A stretch of 64,000 nucleotides of DNA. Origin: Alphaproteobacteria bacterium. Lineage in GTDB: Bacteria; Pseudomonadota; Alphaproteobacteria; SHVV01. Under the pieces are notes generated by a model. The model worked only from the letters and a program-made list of their open reading frames with translations. It did no database searches and was not told the origin of the DNA. Where the stretch lies: positions 134,864 through 198,863 of the forward strand of contig CBDCYR010000009.1 in assembly GCA_965224275.1 (NCBI GenBank). Reading direction: 5' to 3'. A program made the translations under genes and the position numbers. Position 1 is the stretch's first letter. Each line of letters starts with the position of its first letter. Shown piece by piece: positions 19,072 to 29,583 of the stretch.

Positions 19072-20571
19072 TTGGCTAATTGCGAGTTAATTGCCGGACC
19101 GACACGATTGGGTCTTTCCACCGAGTCCCGACTAAGGCATGCTGGGCTTAGTCGTTTCGGTACCAAATCGAATCCCTTGCGCGCCTTATCCCAGTCAACG
19201 CCTCGCGATGCAACCGTCCTGTGGCCGGTATCGGGCAAACACCTCGATGGGTGGCTTGCCGGTCGCGGACAGGCTCATGCCACGTGGGTAGGGAATGCGG
19301 ACTTCAAAGCCAAGCCTGGCGAGGTGCTGCTGATACCCCAGCCTGATGGAAGCCTGGCCGGCGCCTTGGTCGGCATGCCGGAAGAGCCCGATTTGTGGTC
19401 CTATGCCGGTTTCCCCGACAAACTGCCGCCGGCGGTCTACCGGATCGACGCCGAACTCGCCACCGCGGCCGCGACCGCGGCGGCGATCGGCTGGGCGCTC
19501 GGGGACTATCGTTTTGATCGCTACAAGAAAGCCTCTAATGCGGCTGATCAGGAGAGCGACCGAGTTGCCATTCTGGCCGTCCCCAGCGCGGCCGACTGGC
19601 CCGACATCAAACGAACGGTCGAGGCGATCTCATTGGTCCGAGATCTCGTCAACACGCCAGCCGAACACATGGGACCGCCCGAATTGGCTGATGCGGCGCG
19701 GGCCCTTGCCGAAACCTATGGCGGTTCGTGCACTGTGGTCAGTGGCGCGACACTGCTCGATGAGGATCTGCCGGCAATTCACGCAGTCGGACGGGCCAGC
19801 GAGCGACCGCCTTGTCTGATCGACATCGTCTGGGGTGATTCGAACGCGCCCAAAGTGACCCTGGTCGGCAAGGGAGTGTGTTTCGATTCGGGTGGTCTTG
19901 ATCTTAAAAGCGCGGCGGGTATGCGCTTGATGAAGAAGGACATGGGGGGTTCGGCCAACGTACTCGGACTGGCCAAATTGATCATGGATGCTGAGCTACC
20001 GGTGCGACTTCGAGTTTTGATTCCCGCGGTCGAGAATGCTGTGGCCGGAAACGCGATCCGGCCCGGCGATGTGCTGGCAACGCGCAAGGGGTTAAGCATC
20101 GAGATCGGCAATACCGATGCGGAGGGCCGAGTCGTTTTGGCCGATGCGCTCGCGGTCGCGGACGAAGAGACACCCGATCTGCTCATCGATTGCGCGACGC
20201 TGACGGGTGCCGCGCGTGTTGCCCTCGGCCCCAGCCTGCCGCCGTTCTACACGCCTGACGATGACTTGGCGCAAGCCATTACCCACCACGCCGAGGCGCA
20301 AGCCGATCCGTTGTGGCGAATGCCGTTGTGGGCGCCGTATCGCGAGATGATCAACAGTGAGATCGCCGACATCAACAACGCCGGCGACAGTCCCTTTGCC
20401 GGCAGTATCACCGCGGCCTTATTCCTCAAGGATTTCGTCACCGCAACGCCGAGTTGGGTGCATATCGACCTCTACGCGTGGAACCCGAAAGCGCGCGCCG
20501 GACGCCCGATTGGCGGCGAGGCGCAAGGCATCCGCGCGCTCTACAGCCTGATAAGGGAAAAGTTTGGCTGA
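19072..20571 (+). CDS. leucyl aminopeptidase family protein (peptidase M17)
   Basis: M17 catalytic signatures VGKGVCFDSGG and NTDAEGR. The listed ATG at 19072 is only 14 bp from the divergent GST start, so the real start is probably an in-frame downstream TTG or GTG (around 19175). Confidence 0.85.
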   Translation: MANCELIAGPTRLGLSTESRLRHAGLSRFGTKSNPLRALSQSTPRDATVLWPVSGKHLDGWLAGRGQAHATWVGNADFKAKPGEVLLIPQPDGSLAGALVGMPEEPDLWSYAGFPDKLPPAVYRIDAELATAAATAAAIGWALGDYRFDRYKKASNAADQESDRVAILAVPSAADWPDIKRTVEAISLVRDLVNTPAEHMGPPELADAARALAETYGGSCTVVSGATLLDEDLPAIHAVGRASERPPCLIDIVWGDSNAPKVTLVGKGVCFDSGGLDLKSAAGMRLMKKDMGGSANVLGLAKLIMDAELPVRLRVLIPAVENAVAGNAIRPGDVLATRKGLSIEIGNTDAEGRVVLADALAVADEETPDLLIDCATLTGAARVALGPSLPPFYTPDDDLAQAITHHAEAQADPLWRMPLWAPYREMINSEIADINNAGDSPFAGSITAALFLKDFVTATPSWVHIDLYAWNPKARAGRPIGGEAQGIRALYSLIREKFG

Positions 20572-21043
20572 CCGACGATCACCCGTGCAGGCGGTACGCC
20601 ATCGAGGGCTCCGCCTGAAAGCGCATCGGCTGTTGTTTGTTTACGGTACATTGCGCCGTGGAACGCCCGGGGGTGCGCGACGGCTGCTCGACGAGCGCGC
20701 CGTCTATCTCGACGCGGGCGCTTACCAAGGCAAGCTCTACGATCTCGGCGCCTATCCCGGGCTCACCTCATCACCCGACCCTGCCGACCGGGTGATCGGT
20801 GATGTTTATGCGCTGCATGCCCCGCGTCGCACACTACCGCGGCTTGATGCCTATGAAGGGGGCGACTACCGCCGTCGCGTCGGTGTTGTCGAAACTCGGA
20901 CACATGGGCGCATCCAGGCGTGGGTCTATTTGTACCAGGGCGGGCTGGCGGGCCGATGCCGCATTAAAGGTGGCGATTACCTGGCCCATTTACGTCGCAA
21001 TCCGGCGTCGCGTCGCGCTGCCCAGTGGTCTCGAATGATCTAG
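20564..21043 (+). CDS. gamma-glutamylcyclotransferase family protein (AIG2/GGCT-like)
   Basis: LFVYGTLRRG motif; 159 aa; start overlaps the end of the aminopeptidase gene. Confidence 0.7.
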   Translation: MADRRSPVQAVRHRGLRLKAHRLLFVYGTLRRGTPGGARRLLDERAVYLDAGAYQGKLYDLGAYPGLTSSPDPADRVIGDVYALHAPRRTLPRLDAYEGGDYRRRVGVVETRTHGRIQAWVYLYQGGLAGRCRIKGGDYLAHLRRNPASRRAAQWSRMI

Positions 21044-21077
21044 CCGGCTGCTGGATTGTTCAACGAGGGAGTATCGG

Positions 21078-21437
21078 ATGGAGATTCGTCTCACCGCCCA
21101 ACAGGCGCTCAACCTCTGGCGTATCGCGCTCAGCCGTGCCGTGCACGAATTGGAACCGGATCTCTCAGCCCGGCAGATGGCGATACTGCTCAACGTCTAT
21201 TTGATGCCGGCGCCCCACACCGTGCGCGGGCTCGCCGGTCAATTGGGTTTGGCCAAGCCGGCGGTGACCCGCGCGCTTGATCGTCTGGAAGCTGCCGGCC
21301 TCGTTCGCCGCGCGCCGGATCGCCGCGACGGTCGTAGCGTTGTCGTCGAGCGCACCGTAAAAGGTGCTGCATTCCTGGGTGAATTCGGGGCCTACGTTAG
21401 CGAAGCCGGCCACGATGTGGTTGCAGAGGTGGCCTAA
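21078..21437 (+). CDS. MarR family transcriptional regulator
   Basis: 119-aa winged-helix protein (MAILLNVYLMPAPHTVRGLAGQLGLAKPAVTRALDRLEAAGLVRR). Confidence 0.75.
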   Translation: MEIRLTAQQALNLWRIALSRAVHELEPDLSARQMAILLNVYLMPAPHTVRGLAGQLGLAKPAVTRALDRLEAAGLVRRAPDRRDGRSVVVERTVKGAAFLGEFGAYVSEAGHDVVAEVA

Positions 21438-21465
21438 GTCGATCGTGGGTGAGGCCGGACCCAAC

Positions 21466-22392
21466 TCAATATCCGCGACGACGGTCAACAAGATTAAGCA
21501 TCGGCTGACCTGCTAAAGCGCGGCGAATATTGTCGGCAACCGCCGGGGCAACCGAATCAGGCCGTGGATCGGCAGCATTGTGTGGTGTCATGGTGACCCG
21601 AGGGTGATCCCAAAATGGGCTGCTCTCGCTTGGCGGTTCCTGGTGAAAGACATCGACTGCGGCCCCGGCCAAGTGGCCGGAATCGAGGGCGGCCAAAAGA
21701 TCGTCCTCGATAACGTGGCCGCCGCGACCTGCATTGATCAAATAGGCGCCGGCCGGCAGTTGATCCAGCGTGGTGGCGTTGATGATTCCCTCTGTTTCCG
21801 GGGTTAGCGGGAGGGTGCAGACGCAGACCTGGGTGGTCGATAGAAACTCTTCGAGGCGATCGCGACCACAGAAGATGGGGATACCGTCACCACTCGATCG
21901 CGCGGTTCTGGTCCAACCGAGGACGTTGAATCCGAGGCCGATTAACATGTCGGCTGCGGCCCTGCCGATTGCGCCGAGTCCCATGATGCCGACGGTTAGG
22001 GCCACGGGCGGCGGCTCGATGTGCTGCCACAGGTGGGCGCGTTGATTGGCTCGGATCAACGGCATCGATCGAAAGTGATTGAGGGTGTGCAAGACCACGT
22101 AGTGGCCAATGTCGCGGGCAATCAGCGGGTCGACCATGCGCGCGATGGGCACGTCCGGCAAGTCGCGGCGTTCAAGGATGTGCTCGACACCCGCCCACAT
22201 GCCGATCAACGCCTTGAGATTAGGAAACTGGCCGAGAATGCCAGGGTCGGCCTTGTGAACGACCGCGACATCGACAGCCCTGGGGTCGCCGATCGCGGGC
22301 CATCTGAGGATTTCGATATCGGGAAGCAGCGCCTGGATGGGCTGATACCAGGCCTCCCGGTCCGGCTCGCGCGCAATGATGATGACCGTCAT
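21466..22392 (-). CDS. D-isomer-specific 2-hydroxyacid dehydrogenase (glyoxylate/hydroxypyruvate reductase A-like), paralog 1
   Basis: 308 aa; NAD-binding GxGxxG (GIMGLGAIGRAAA) and catalytic region typical of GhrA-like enzymes. Confidence 0.8.
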   Translation of the reverse strand: MTVIIIAREPDREAWYQPIQALLPDIEILRWPAIGDPRAVDVAVVHKADPGILGQFPNLKALIGMWAGVEHILERRDLPDVPIARMVDPLIARDIGHYVVLHTLNHFRSMPLIRANQRAHLWQHIEPPPVALTVGIMGLGAIGRAAADMLIGLGFNVLGWTRTARSSGDGIPIFCGRDRLEEFLSTTQVCVCTLPLTPETEGIINATTLDQLPAGAYLINAGRGGHVIEDDLLAALDSGHLAGAAVDVFHQEPPSESSPFWDHPRVTMTPHNAADPRPDSVAPAVADNIRRALAGQPMLNLVDRRRGY

Positions 22393-22401
22393 CGTCGTCC
22401 A

Positions 22402-23328
22402 CTAGTAGCCGCGCTTGCGGTCGACCGGAACCAGCGGCGCCTCACCCGCGAGCACGCGTCGAATGTTTGCCGCCAACACTTGCGATTTGGTCGCGACGCG
22501 GGTGGTCCCGCTGTGGTGCGGTGTGACGGTTACCTTGGGATGGTCCCAGTAGGGGTCGGTGGCGGGCAGGGGTTCGGTGCGAAACACGTCGAGTGTCACG
22601 GCCGCGATCTGACCAGAGTCGAGCGCCGCGAATAAATCTTCATCGACAACGTGCTCCCCGCGCCCGACGTTGATCAAGTAGGCACCGCGCGGCAGCATCG
22701 CCAAGGTTTGGGCATTGATGATGCCGATCGTGGCAGCGGTCTTGGGGAGCACCACAACCAGGATCCGGGTGCCATTGAGAAAGGCTTCCAGGCCCGCTTC
22801 ACCGTGGAAGCAATCGATGCCGTCAATTTCTCCGGCCGAACGGCGCCAACCCCGCACCACGAGGCCGGCCGAGGTCAGCATCTCTGCGGTCGTTAGGCCC
22901 ATGGCACCGATCCCCATAACCCCGACCGTGTATTCCTCAACCTTGGGTGCCGTAAGCCACTCCCAGGTGTGGGTGCGCTGATGCTCTTCGACGATCGGCA
23001 TCTGGCGGAAATATTTGAGCGCATGGAGCAGGACATATTGAGCCATGTCATGGGCCATTGCCGTATCGACCATACGTCCGATCGGCACATCTGGGAGATC
23101 GGGGTCACTCAATAGTGGATCGACGCCGGCAAACAGATTGATGATCGCCTTGAGGTTGGGAAGGCTCGCCAGCAGGCCGGGCGGCGGATCGTAAGCCAGC
23201 GCCACGTCGATGTCGGCGGGATCGCCGATATCGGGCCAGACCCGAAATTCGACCCCGGGAACGTGTTCGCGTATCGCGGGAAGCCAGATCTCGGGATCGT
23301 GAAAATTGCTGATCAAGAGGACGGTCAT
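22402..23328 (-). CDS. D-isomer-specific 2-hydroxyacid dehydrogenase (GhrA-like), paralog 2
   Basis: 308 aa, clearly homologous to the adjacent gene (MTVLLIS... vs MTVIIIA...; GVMGIGAMGLTTA); tandem duplicate. Confidence 0.8.
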   Translation of the reverse strand: MTVLLISNFHDPEIWLPAIREHVPGVEFRVWPDIGDPADIDVALAYDPPPGLLASLPNLKAIINLFAGVDPLLSDPDLPDVPIGRMVDTAMAHDMAQYVLLHALKYFRQMPIVEEHQRTHTWEWLTAPKVEEYTVGVMGIGAMGLTTAEMLTSAGLVVRGWRRSAGEIDGIDCFHGEAGLEAFLNGTRILVVVLPKTAATIGIINAQTLAMLPRGAYLINVGRGEHVVDEDLFAALDSGQIAAVTLDVFRTEPLPATDPYWDHPKVTVTPHHSGTTRVATKSQVLAANIRRVLAGEAPLVPVDRKRGY

Positions 23329-23382
23329 GTCGGCCGGCGTGTCGTGTGTATTTTGGGCGTCGTGGGAAAAAGGTCGCAGACG

Positions 23383-25014
23383 TTAGCCACGGATAGCGCC
23401 GGTCTCGATTGCCTCGAGTTCGAACGCCGCCGCCATCAGCGCCTTTGTGTAGGCCTCCTTGGGGGCTTCGAATATCTCGCGGGCAGGTCCCAGTTCGACC
23501 ACCTTGCCGTCGCGCATGACGATCAGTTCGTCCGACAGCGCGCGGACGACTTTGAGATCATGGCTGATGAACATGTAGGCCAACTGGTAGCGGGCCTGGA
23601 GCTCCCGCAACAGGTCGACGATCTGCGCCTGGACCGACATATCGAGCGCCGAGGTCGGTTCATCCAAAACGATGAATTTCGGCCGCAGCACGATCGCCCT
23701 GGCGATGGCGACACGCTGACGTTGGCCGCCGGAAAATTCGTGCGGGTAACGATTGCGGGTCTCGGGGTCGAGCCCGACTTCTTCGAGCACCTGATCGATC
23801 ATTGAGCGTCGTTCATCGGACGTGCCGCCGATGCCGTGAATCTTCAGCCCTTCCTCGACGATCTGGCCGATCGACATACGCGGGCTCAAACTGCCGAACG
23901 GATCCTGAAAAACCACCTGCATTTCATTGCGCAGGGGGCGGATTTGCTTGAACGTTTGGCCTTGGATTTCCTGGCCCTCGAATTGGATGGGTCCCTCGCT
24001 TTGGATGAGGCGAAGAAGCGCGAGGCCGAGCGTGGTCTTGCCGGAGCCGCTCTCGCCGACGACGCCGACTGTGTGACCCCGGCGGATGGTGACCGTGATT
24101 CCATCGACCGCCTTCACATAATCGACCGTGCGGCGAAAAACACCGGCCTTGATCGGAAAGTAAACCTTGAGATCACGCGCCGACATGATCTCCGGCGCGT
24201 CCGCAGCGGCTTGCACGGGATCACCCTTGGGTTCGGCGGAGAGCAACATCTGGGTGTAGTCGTGCTGCGGGTTCTTAAATATCTGTTCGGTGGGCCCGTC
24301 TTCGACGACATCACCCTGGCGCATGACCGCAACCCGTTTGGCCATTTTGCGCACGATGCCGAGATCGTGGGTGATGAGCAGCATTGCCATGCCGAGCTGA
24401 TCCTGGAGCTCGCGGAGCAGTTTCAGAAGTTGCGCCTGAATGGTGACATCGACCGCGGTGGTCGGTTCGTCGGCAATCAGCAGGTCGGGTTCGTTCGCTA
24501 GCGCCATTGCGATCATGACGCGTTGTCGCTGGCCGCCCGAGAGTTGGTGGGGAAATGAGTTAAGCCGATTTTCAGCGCCCGACAAGCCGACCAGGTCCAA
24601 TAGCTCGAGCGTGCGGGCCCGCGACGCGGCGGTGTCGAGGCCTTTGTGAATGAACAAGACCTCATTGATCTGACGCTCCACCGTGTGCAGCGGATTGAGC
24701 GAGGTCATCGGTTCCTGGAATACCATCGAGATACGGTTGCCGCGAACCGACCGCATCATCGCTTGCGGCGCGCCGACCACTTCCTCGCCGCGGACTTTGA
24801 TCGAACCGCTCGGATGCCAAGCCAGCGGATAGGGCAGGAGTTGGAGAATCGATAGCGCCGATACCGACTTACCGGAACCGCTCTCGCCGACCAGAGCCAT
24901 GGTCTCGCCGCGGTCGATGGTGAAGGACACGTTCTTGACGGCTTTGGTTTCGCGTTCGCCGTGGCCGAAGGAGACCGAGAGATCGTCGACGGTGAGGAAA
25001 GGGACGTCGCTCAT
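23383..25014 (-). CDS. yejF: ABC transporter ATP-binding protein, fused double-ATPase YejF type
   Basis: Two Walker A motifs (GESGSGKSVSAL and GESGSGKTTLGLAL) and two LSGGQRQR signatures; start at MSDVPFLTV (25014) overlaps the yejE stop. Confidence 0.85.
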   Translation of the reverse strand: MSDVPFLTVDDLSVSFGHGERETKAVKNVSFTIDRGETMALVGESGSGKSVSALSILQLLPYPLAWHPSGSIKVRGEEVVGAPQAMMRSVRGNRISMVFQEPMTSLNPLHTVERQINEVLFIHKGLDTAASRARTLELLDLVGLSGAENRLNSFPHQLSGGQRQRVMIAMALANEPDLLIADEPTTAVDVTIQAQLLKLLRELQDQLGMAMLLITHDLGIVRKMAKRVAVMRQGDVVEDGPTEQIFKNPQHDYTQMLLSAEPKGDPVQAAADAPEIMSARDLKVYFPIKAGVFRRTVDYVKAVDGITVTIRRGHTVGVVGESGSGKTTLGLALLRLIQSEGPIQFEGQEIQGQTFKQIRPLRNEMQVVFQDPFGSLSPRMSIGQIVEEGLKIHGIGGTSDERRSMIDQVLEEVGLDPETRNRYPHEFSGGQRQRVAIARAIVLRPKFIVLDEPTSALDMSVQAQIVDLLRELQARYQLAYMFISHDLKVVRALSDELIVMRDGKVVELGPAREIFEAPKEAYTKALMAAAFELEAIETGAIRG

Positions 25015-26066
25015 TGGAGCGTCTTTCGCGGATCGAACGCATCGCGGACGGCTTCGCCGATAAAAATCAACAGGCTCAGCATCAGCGCGAGAACCACGAA
25101 CGCGGTGATCCCAAGCCATGGCGCTTGCAGGTTCGCTTTCCCCTGGGCCAGCAACTCACCGAGTGACGGCGAGCCCGGCGGCAACCCGAATCCCAAAAAG
25201 TCGAGTGACGTCAGCACGGTGATCGAACCCGATAGGATGAACGGCAGAAAGGTGAGCGTCGCCACCATCGCGTTTGGCAACACGTGACGGAACATGATGG
25301 GGATGTTGTCGAGACCTAGCGCCCGCGCGGCGCGGACATAGTCGAAATTTCGGGCCCGCAAAAACTCAGCCCGGACCACCCCGACGAGCGCCATCCAACT
25401 GAACAACAGCATCAGTCCCAACAGCCACCAGAAGTTTGGTTCGACGATGCTGGCGAGAATAATCAACAGGAATAGGGTGGGCAGGCCCGACCAGATTTCG
25501 ATGAAGCGCTGGAACAGCAGGTCGGTCCAGCCACCGAAATAGCCCTGTACGGCGCCCGCGACGACACCGACGATGGAGCTGAAAAAGGTCAACACCAGGC
25601 CGAACAGCACCGATATTCGAAACCCGTAGATCGTGCGCGCGGTGACGTCGCGGCCCTGGTCGTCGGTGCCGAGCCAGTTTTCGGCATCCGGCGCCGATGG
25701 TGCCGGTGTCGGTAGATCGTAATTGATGGTGCGGTAGCTGTAGGGAATCAACGGCCATAGGATCCAACCGGTTTCGTTGATTAGCTCTTGAACGAACTCG
25801 TCGCGATACTCCGTTTCGGTTTCAAAATCGCCGCCAAATGCGGTTTCCGGATATTCGAAGAAAACCGGGTAGAAATAGGCGCCCTCGAATTTGACGAGCA
25901 GCGGTTTGTCGTTGGCGATGAACTCGGCCGGGATCGTGACCACAAAGATTATGAGAAAGATCCACAACGACCAGTAGCCGCGCTGATTGGCTCGGAAGTT
26001 GCGCAAACGCCGGTGGGTGAGCGGCGTGATGCTCAGCCCGAGAAAACGATCCTGGTAGGTCGCCAC
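25011..26066 (-). CDS. yejE: ABC transporter permease, YejE type
   Basis: 351-aa permease with family-5 (Dpp/Opp-type) fold; downstream of yejB and overlapping yejF. Confidence 0.8.
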   Translation of the reverse strand: MATYQDRFLGLSITPLTHRRLRNFRANQRGYWSLWIFLIIFVVTIPAEFIANDKPLLVKFEGAYFYPVFFEYPETAFGGDFETETEYRDEFVQELINETGWILWPLIPYSYRTINYDLPTPAPSAPDAENWLGTDDQGRDVTARTIYGFRISVLFGLVLTFFSSIVGVVAGAVQGYFGGWTDLLFQRFIEIWSGLPTLFLLIILASIVEPNFWWLLGLMLLFSWMALVGVVRAEFLRARNFDYVRAARALGLDNIPIMFRHVLPNAMVATLTFLPFILSGSITVLTSLDFLGFGLPPGSPSLGELLAQGKANLQAPWLGITAFVVLALMLSLLIFIGEAVRDAFDPRKTLQ

Positions 26067-26069
26067 GGC

Positions 26070-27188
26070 TTAGAGCTCGCGGCGCTCGAAATCGATGCGC
26101 GGATCGATGATCACGTACATCAGGTCGCCAATGAGATTCAGAACCAGGCCCATCAGCGTGAAGACGAACATGGTGCCAAACATCACCGGGTAGTCGCGCG
26201 CGATCACCGATTGGAATCCAAGCAATCCGAGCCCGTCGAGTGAGAAGATGATCTCGGTCAGAAGCGCGCCGGTAAACAAAATGCCAATGAAGGCGCCGGG
26301 GAAGCCGGCGATAACGATCAGCATGGCATTGCGGAAAACGTGCCCGTAGAGCACCCGGTGCTCGCTCAGCCCTTTGGCGCGCGCCGTCATCACATACTGC
26401 ATGTTGATCTGATCGAGAAACGAGTTCTTGGTCAGCATCGTGAGACCGGCGAACCCACCGATGACCAGCGATAGGACCGGCAATGCAATGTGCCAGAAAT
26501 AGTCGAGGATCTTCTCGCCGAAGTTGAGCTCGCTGAAATTCTCGGAAAACAAGCCGCGCAGAGGAAACCAATCGAGATAACTGCCGCCGGCAAACACCAC
26601 GATCAAAAGTACGGCAAACAAGAAACTAGGGATGGCTTGCCCGACGATGATCACGCCGCTGGACCAAACGTCGAACCGGCTCCCGTCGCGCACGGCCTTG
26701 CGAATTCCCAGCGGGATCGAGATCAGATAGACGAGCAAGGTTGTCCAGATACCGAGCGAGATCGACACCGGCATCTTGTCGATCACCAGCTGCACGACCG
26801 ATCGGTCGCGGAAATAGCTGTTTCCGAAATCAAAGCGGATGTAGTTGCCCATCATCATCAGGAAACGCTCGTGGGCAGGCTTGTCGAAGCCGTACAGCTT
26901 CTCGATTTCCTTGATGAATTCGGGATCGAGGCCGCGGGCACCACGGTACTTGCTGGTGATACTGCTGCCGGACCCAGCCTGGGCTTGTAGGCGCTGGTTG
27001 GATTGAACTTCCGAGCCGCTGGCCCCACCGATCCGTGCGGTCGGATCAACCGCAGTGCCGCTGATCTGAGCGATCAGTTGCTCAACCGGACCGCCCGGCG
27101 CGACTTGGACCACAACAAAGTTGATCACCATAATCCCGAACAGGGTCGGGATGATGAGCAACAGGCGGCGGACGATATAAGCGAGCAT
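26070..27188 (-). CDS. yejB: ABC transporter permease, YejB type (microcin C / peptide uptake)
   Basis: 372 aa, closely parallels E. coli YejB along the whole length ([33 protein letters not shown]...RFDVWSS...[11 protein letters not shown]...TARAKGLSE...DPRIDFE). Confidence 0.85.
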   Translation of the reverse strand: MLAYIVRRLLLIIPTLFGIMVINFVVVQVAPGGPVEQLIAQISGTAVDPTARIGGASGSEVQSNQRLQAQAGSGSSITSKYRGARGLDPEFIKEIEKLYGFDKPAHERFLMMMGNYIRFDFGNSYFRDRSVVQLVIDKMPVSISLGIWTTLLVYLISIPLGIRKAVRDGSRFDVWSSGVIIVGQAIPSFLFAVLLIVVFAGGSYLDWFPLRGLFSENFSELNFGEKILDYFWHIALPVLSLVIGGFAGLTMLTKNSFLDQINMQYVMTARAKGLSEHRVLYGHVFRNAMLIVIAGFPGAFIGILFTGALLTEIIFSLDGLGLLGFQSVIARDYPVMFGTMFVFTLMGLVLNLIGDLMYVIIDPRIDFERREL

Positions 27189-27322
27189 CAGACGTGTCGG
27201 TCGGGTCGGATGTACGATTCAAGCATGGAACGAGCGGACCTTAACAGGTCGGCATGATCGTGGATATTTTCTGACCCGGGGCAGTTGTCGGTAATTGCAG
27301 ATGATGGCGAAAACAAAAAAAT

Positions 27323-27365
27323 CCCCTCCCCCCCCCTCTAAACGGGGAGGAAGCAGATGGGAGAC
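27323..27365 (-). terminator. putative intrinsic terminator of the upstream Dpp-like operon: C/G-rich hairpin (cccctccccccccc...ggggagg; minus-strand RNA CCUCCCC-loop-GGGGAGG then AUUUUUUUGUUUU); contains a C9/G9 homopolymer
   Basis: Inverted repeat cctcccc/ggggagg with a T-rich run on the minus strand, 150-190 bp downstream of the last Dpp-like ATPase gene and upstream of yejB. Confidence 0.45.
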
Positions 27366-27509
27366 GCGGTGTACGCCCTCGCCCCTTGCGGGGACGGCGG
27401 CGTCGGCGACATCGACCCCGCGCTTTGCGGGGCTTCATCGAGGCGAGCGCGACGACGCGTTGATCCGCCACCTCCTCCAAGTGAGAATTTCAGATTATGG
27501 AGCGTACTA

Positions 27510-28553
27510 TCAGGCCGTGTTGGCGGAATCGGTCGTGTAGAGGTGGCACCGGACCATTGAAGTTTGCGTCGGCGCGCCTTCGGCCAGATAGAGGGGCTCC
27601 GGTACGGCCTGATCACAAGGGGCAAAGGTTTTGGGGCAACGCTGATGAAAAGCGCACCCTGGCGGCACATTAATTGGCGAGGGAACGTCACCTTCTAGCA
27701 CGACCGTTTTCATCGGCACACTTGGGTCGGGGACGGGATTCGCCGAGAGTAGCGCTTGGGTGTAGGGATGCTTTGGTGAAGCGAATAACTCGGCAGTTCC
27801 TGCCAATTCCACGATCTTGCCGAGATACATCACAGCAACCCGATCGGCGATGTAGCGCACGACGTTGAGATCGTGCGAGATGAAAAGATAAGTCAGGCCG
27901 AGATCGCTTTGCAGCTCTTTCAAAAGGTTGATGACCTGGGCCTGAACAGAGGCGTCCAAGGCAGACACGGCTTCGTCGCACATGATGAAATCAGGATCGT
28001 GCACGAGCGCCCGGGCTATGCTGATCCGTTGACGTTGTCCGCCTGAGAATTCGTGGGGATAGCGATCGCGAAAGCTTGACGAGAGCCCAACACGCTCCAG
28101 CGTCTCAGAGACCCGCTTTGGAATCGCGTCTTCCGGTACGATCCTATGGACCCGCAATGGCTCGCCCAAGGCCTGGCCGACCGTCATCCTGGGGTTCAGA
28201 GAGCCGAACGGATCCTGAAAGACGATCTGCATCCGTGGCCGCAACCGGCGGAGTTGATTTCGAACCATGGTATCGAGTTGATGCCCGTCGAACTCGATCG
28301 AGCCATCGGTGGGTGTCAGAAGGTGGAGCAGACAACGGCCGGCTGTGGTTTTGCCACAACCAGACTCGCCGACGAGTGCGAGTGTCTCCCCTTTGAAGAT
28401 GTCGAACGAAATGTCGTCGACCGCTTTGACAGCGTTAACGACTTTCCGGAACCAGCCCTCGCGCACCGGGAAATGCATTTTGAGATTGCGGACACGGACC
28501 AATGGCCGGACATTTTGCTGACCGGTGGGAGGCTTGTTGACAATGTCATCCAT
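27510..28553 (-). CDS. peptide/nickel ABC transporter ATP-binding protein (DppF/OppF-like)
   Basis: Walker A GESGCGKTT, signature LSGGQRQR; 347 aa. Confidence 0.85.
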   Translation of the reverse strand: MDDIVNKPPTGQQNVRPLVRVRNLKMHFPVREGWFRKVVNAVKAVDDISFDIFKGETLALVGESGCGKTTAGRCLLHLLTPTDGSIEFDGHQLDTMVRNQLRRLRPRMQIVFQDPFGSLNPRMTVGQALGEPLRVHRIVPEDAIPKRVSETLERVGLSSSFRDRYPHEFSGGQRQRISIARALVHDPDFIMCDEAVSALDASVQAQVINLLKELQSDLGLTYLFISHDLNVVRYIADRVAVMYLGKIVELAGTAELFASPKHPYTQALLSANPVPDPSVPMKTVVLEGDVPSPINVPPGCAFHQRCPKTFAPCDQAVPEPLYLAEGAPTQTSMVRCHLYTTDSANTA

Positions 28554-29583
28554 CGCCGTTCTCCATCAGCCAGCAGCTGAGCGTGTGCAGAGCAGATACC
28601 CGTGTCGGCTTGGGACGTTTTTCGTGGCAATGCGCGAGCCGCTCGGGACATCTCGTCGCGAACCGGCAACCAGACGGAAAATGGTCTGGCGTGGGGACCA
28701 TGCCAGCAATTGATGTGAGCGCCTGGCCCGATTTCCGCGCGTCCGGCAGGGCGCCCAGCAATGCTCGTGTATAGGGGTGCTGCGGTTCGGCAAAGAGGTC
28801 CTTGACTAAGGCCTGCTCGACGACTTCGCCGGCATACATCACCGATACCCGGTCAGCATGGTGGGCGACCACCCCCAAATTGTGAGTGATCAGCAAGACG
28901 GACATGTCGAGCGCTTGCTTCAGCTCGCGCATCAACGCGAGGATCTGGGCCTGGACGGTGACATCGAGCGCTGTGGTCGGCTCGTCTGCGATCAAAAGGT
29001 CCGGATCGCAAGCAAGGGCAATCGCGATCATCACCCGCTGCTTCATTCCGCCGGAGAGCTCATGGGGGTATTGCCTGGCGCGCTCCTTCGCTGCGGGAAT
29101 ATGTACGAGTTCTAGAATCTCCACGACCCGTCTCTCCGCCGCGGCGCCTAGCAGGCCGAGGTGCACTTTCAAGACCTCACCGATTTGCTCACTTACGCGC
29201 ATGACCGGATTGAGCGACGTCATTGGCTCCTGAAAAACCATCCCCATGCGTCGGCCCCTAAATCCCCGGAGCTCGCGTTCGGACTTATCGGTCAGTTCCT
29301 CGCCGCGTAGTCTTATGGTGCCCGAGGTGATCCGGCCCGGCGGATCGATCAATCCCATCACCGCCAACGCGGTCAGGGATTTGCCGCAGCCGGACTCTCC
29401 GACCATCGCGAGCGTCTCACCCTTTTCAACTACGAGATCGAGATCGCGAATGATAGAGAGGTGGCCGTCCTCGGTATCGAAACCGACCGACAGGCCTGAG
29501 ATCTCAAGCGCAGGAGCCGCGTTGCCGGGAGTTGTTTCGTTCCGGTTAGCATGGGGGCCGGAGGTGACCGCGGGGCTAGGCAC
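28546..29583 (-). CDS. peptide/nickel ABC transporter ATP-binding protein (DppD/OppD-like)
   Basis: Walker A GESGCGKSLT, signature LSGGMKQR; 345 aa. Confidence 0.85.
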   Translation of the reverse strand: MPSPAVTSGPHANRNETTPGNAAPALEISGLSVGFDTEDGHLSIIRDLDLVVEKGETLAMVGESGCGKSLTALAVMGLIDPPGRITSGTIRLRGEELTDKSERELRGFRGRRMGMVFQEPMTSLNPVMRVSEQIGEVLKVHLGLLGAAAERRVVEILELVHIPAAKERARQYPHELSGGMKQRVMIAIALACDPDLLIADEPTTALDVTVQAQILALMRELKQALDMSVLLITHNLGVVAHHADRVSVMYAGEVVEQALVKDLFAEPQHPYTRALLGALPDARKSGQALTSIAGMVPTPDHFPSGCRFATRCPERLAHCHEKRPKPTRVSALHTLSCWLMENGDG

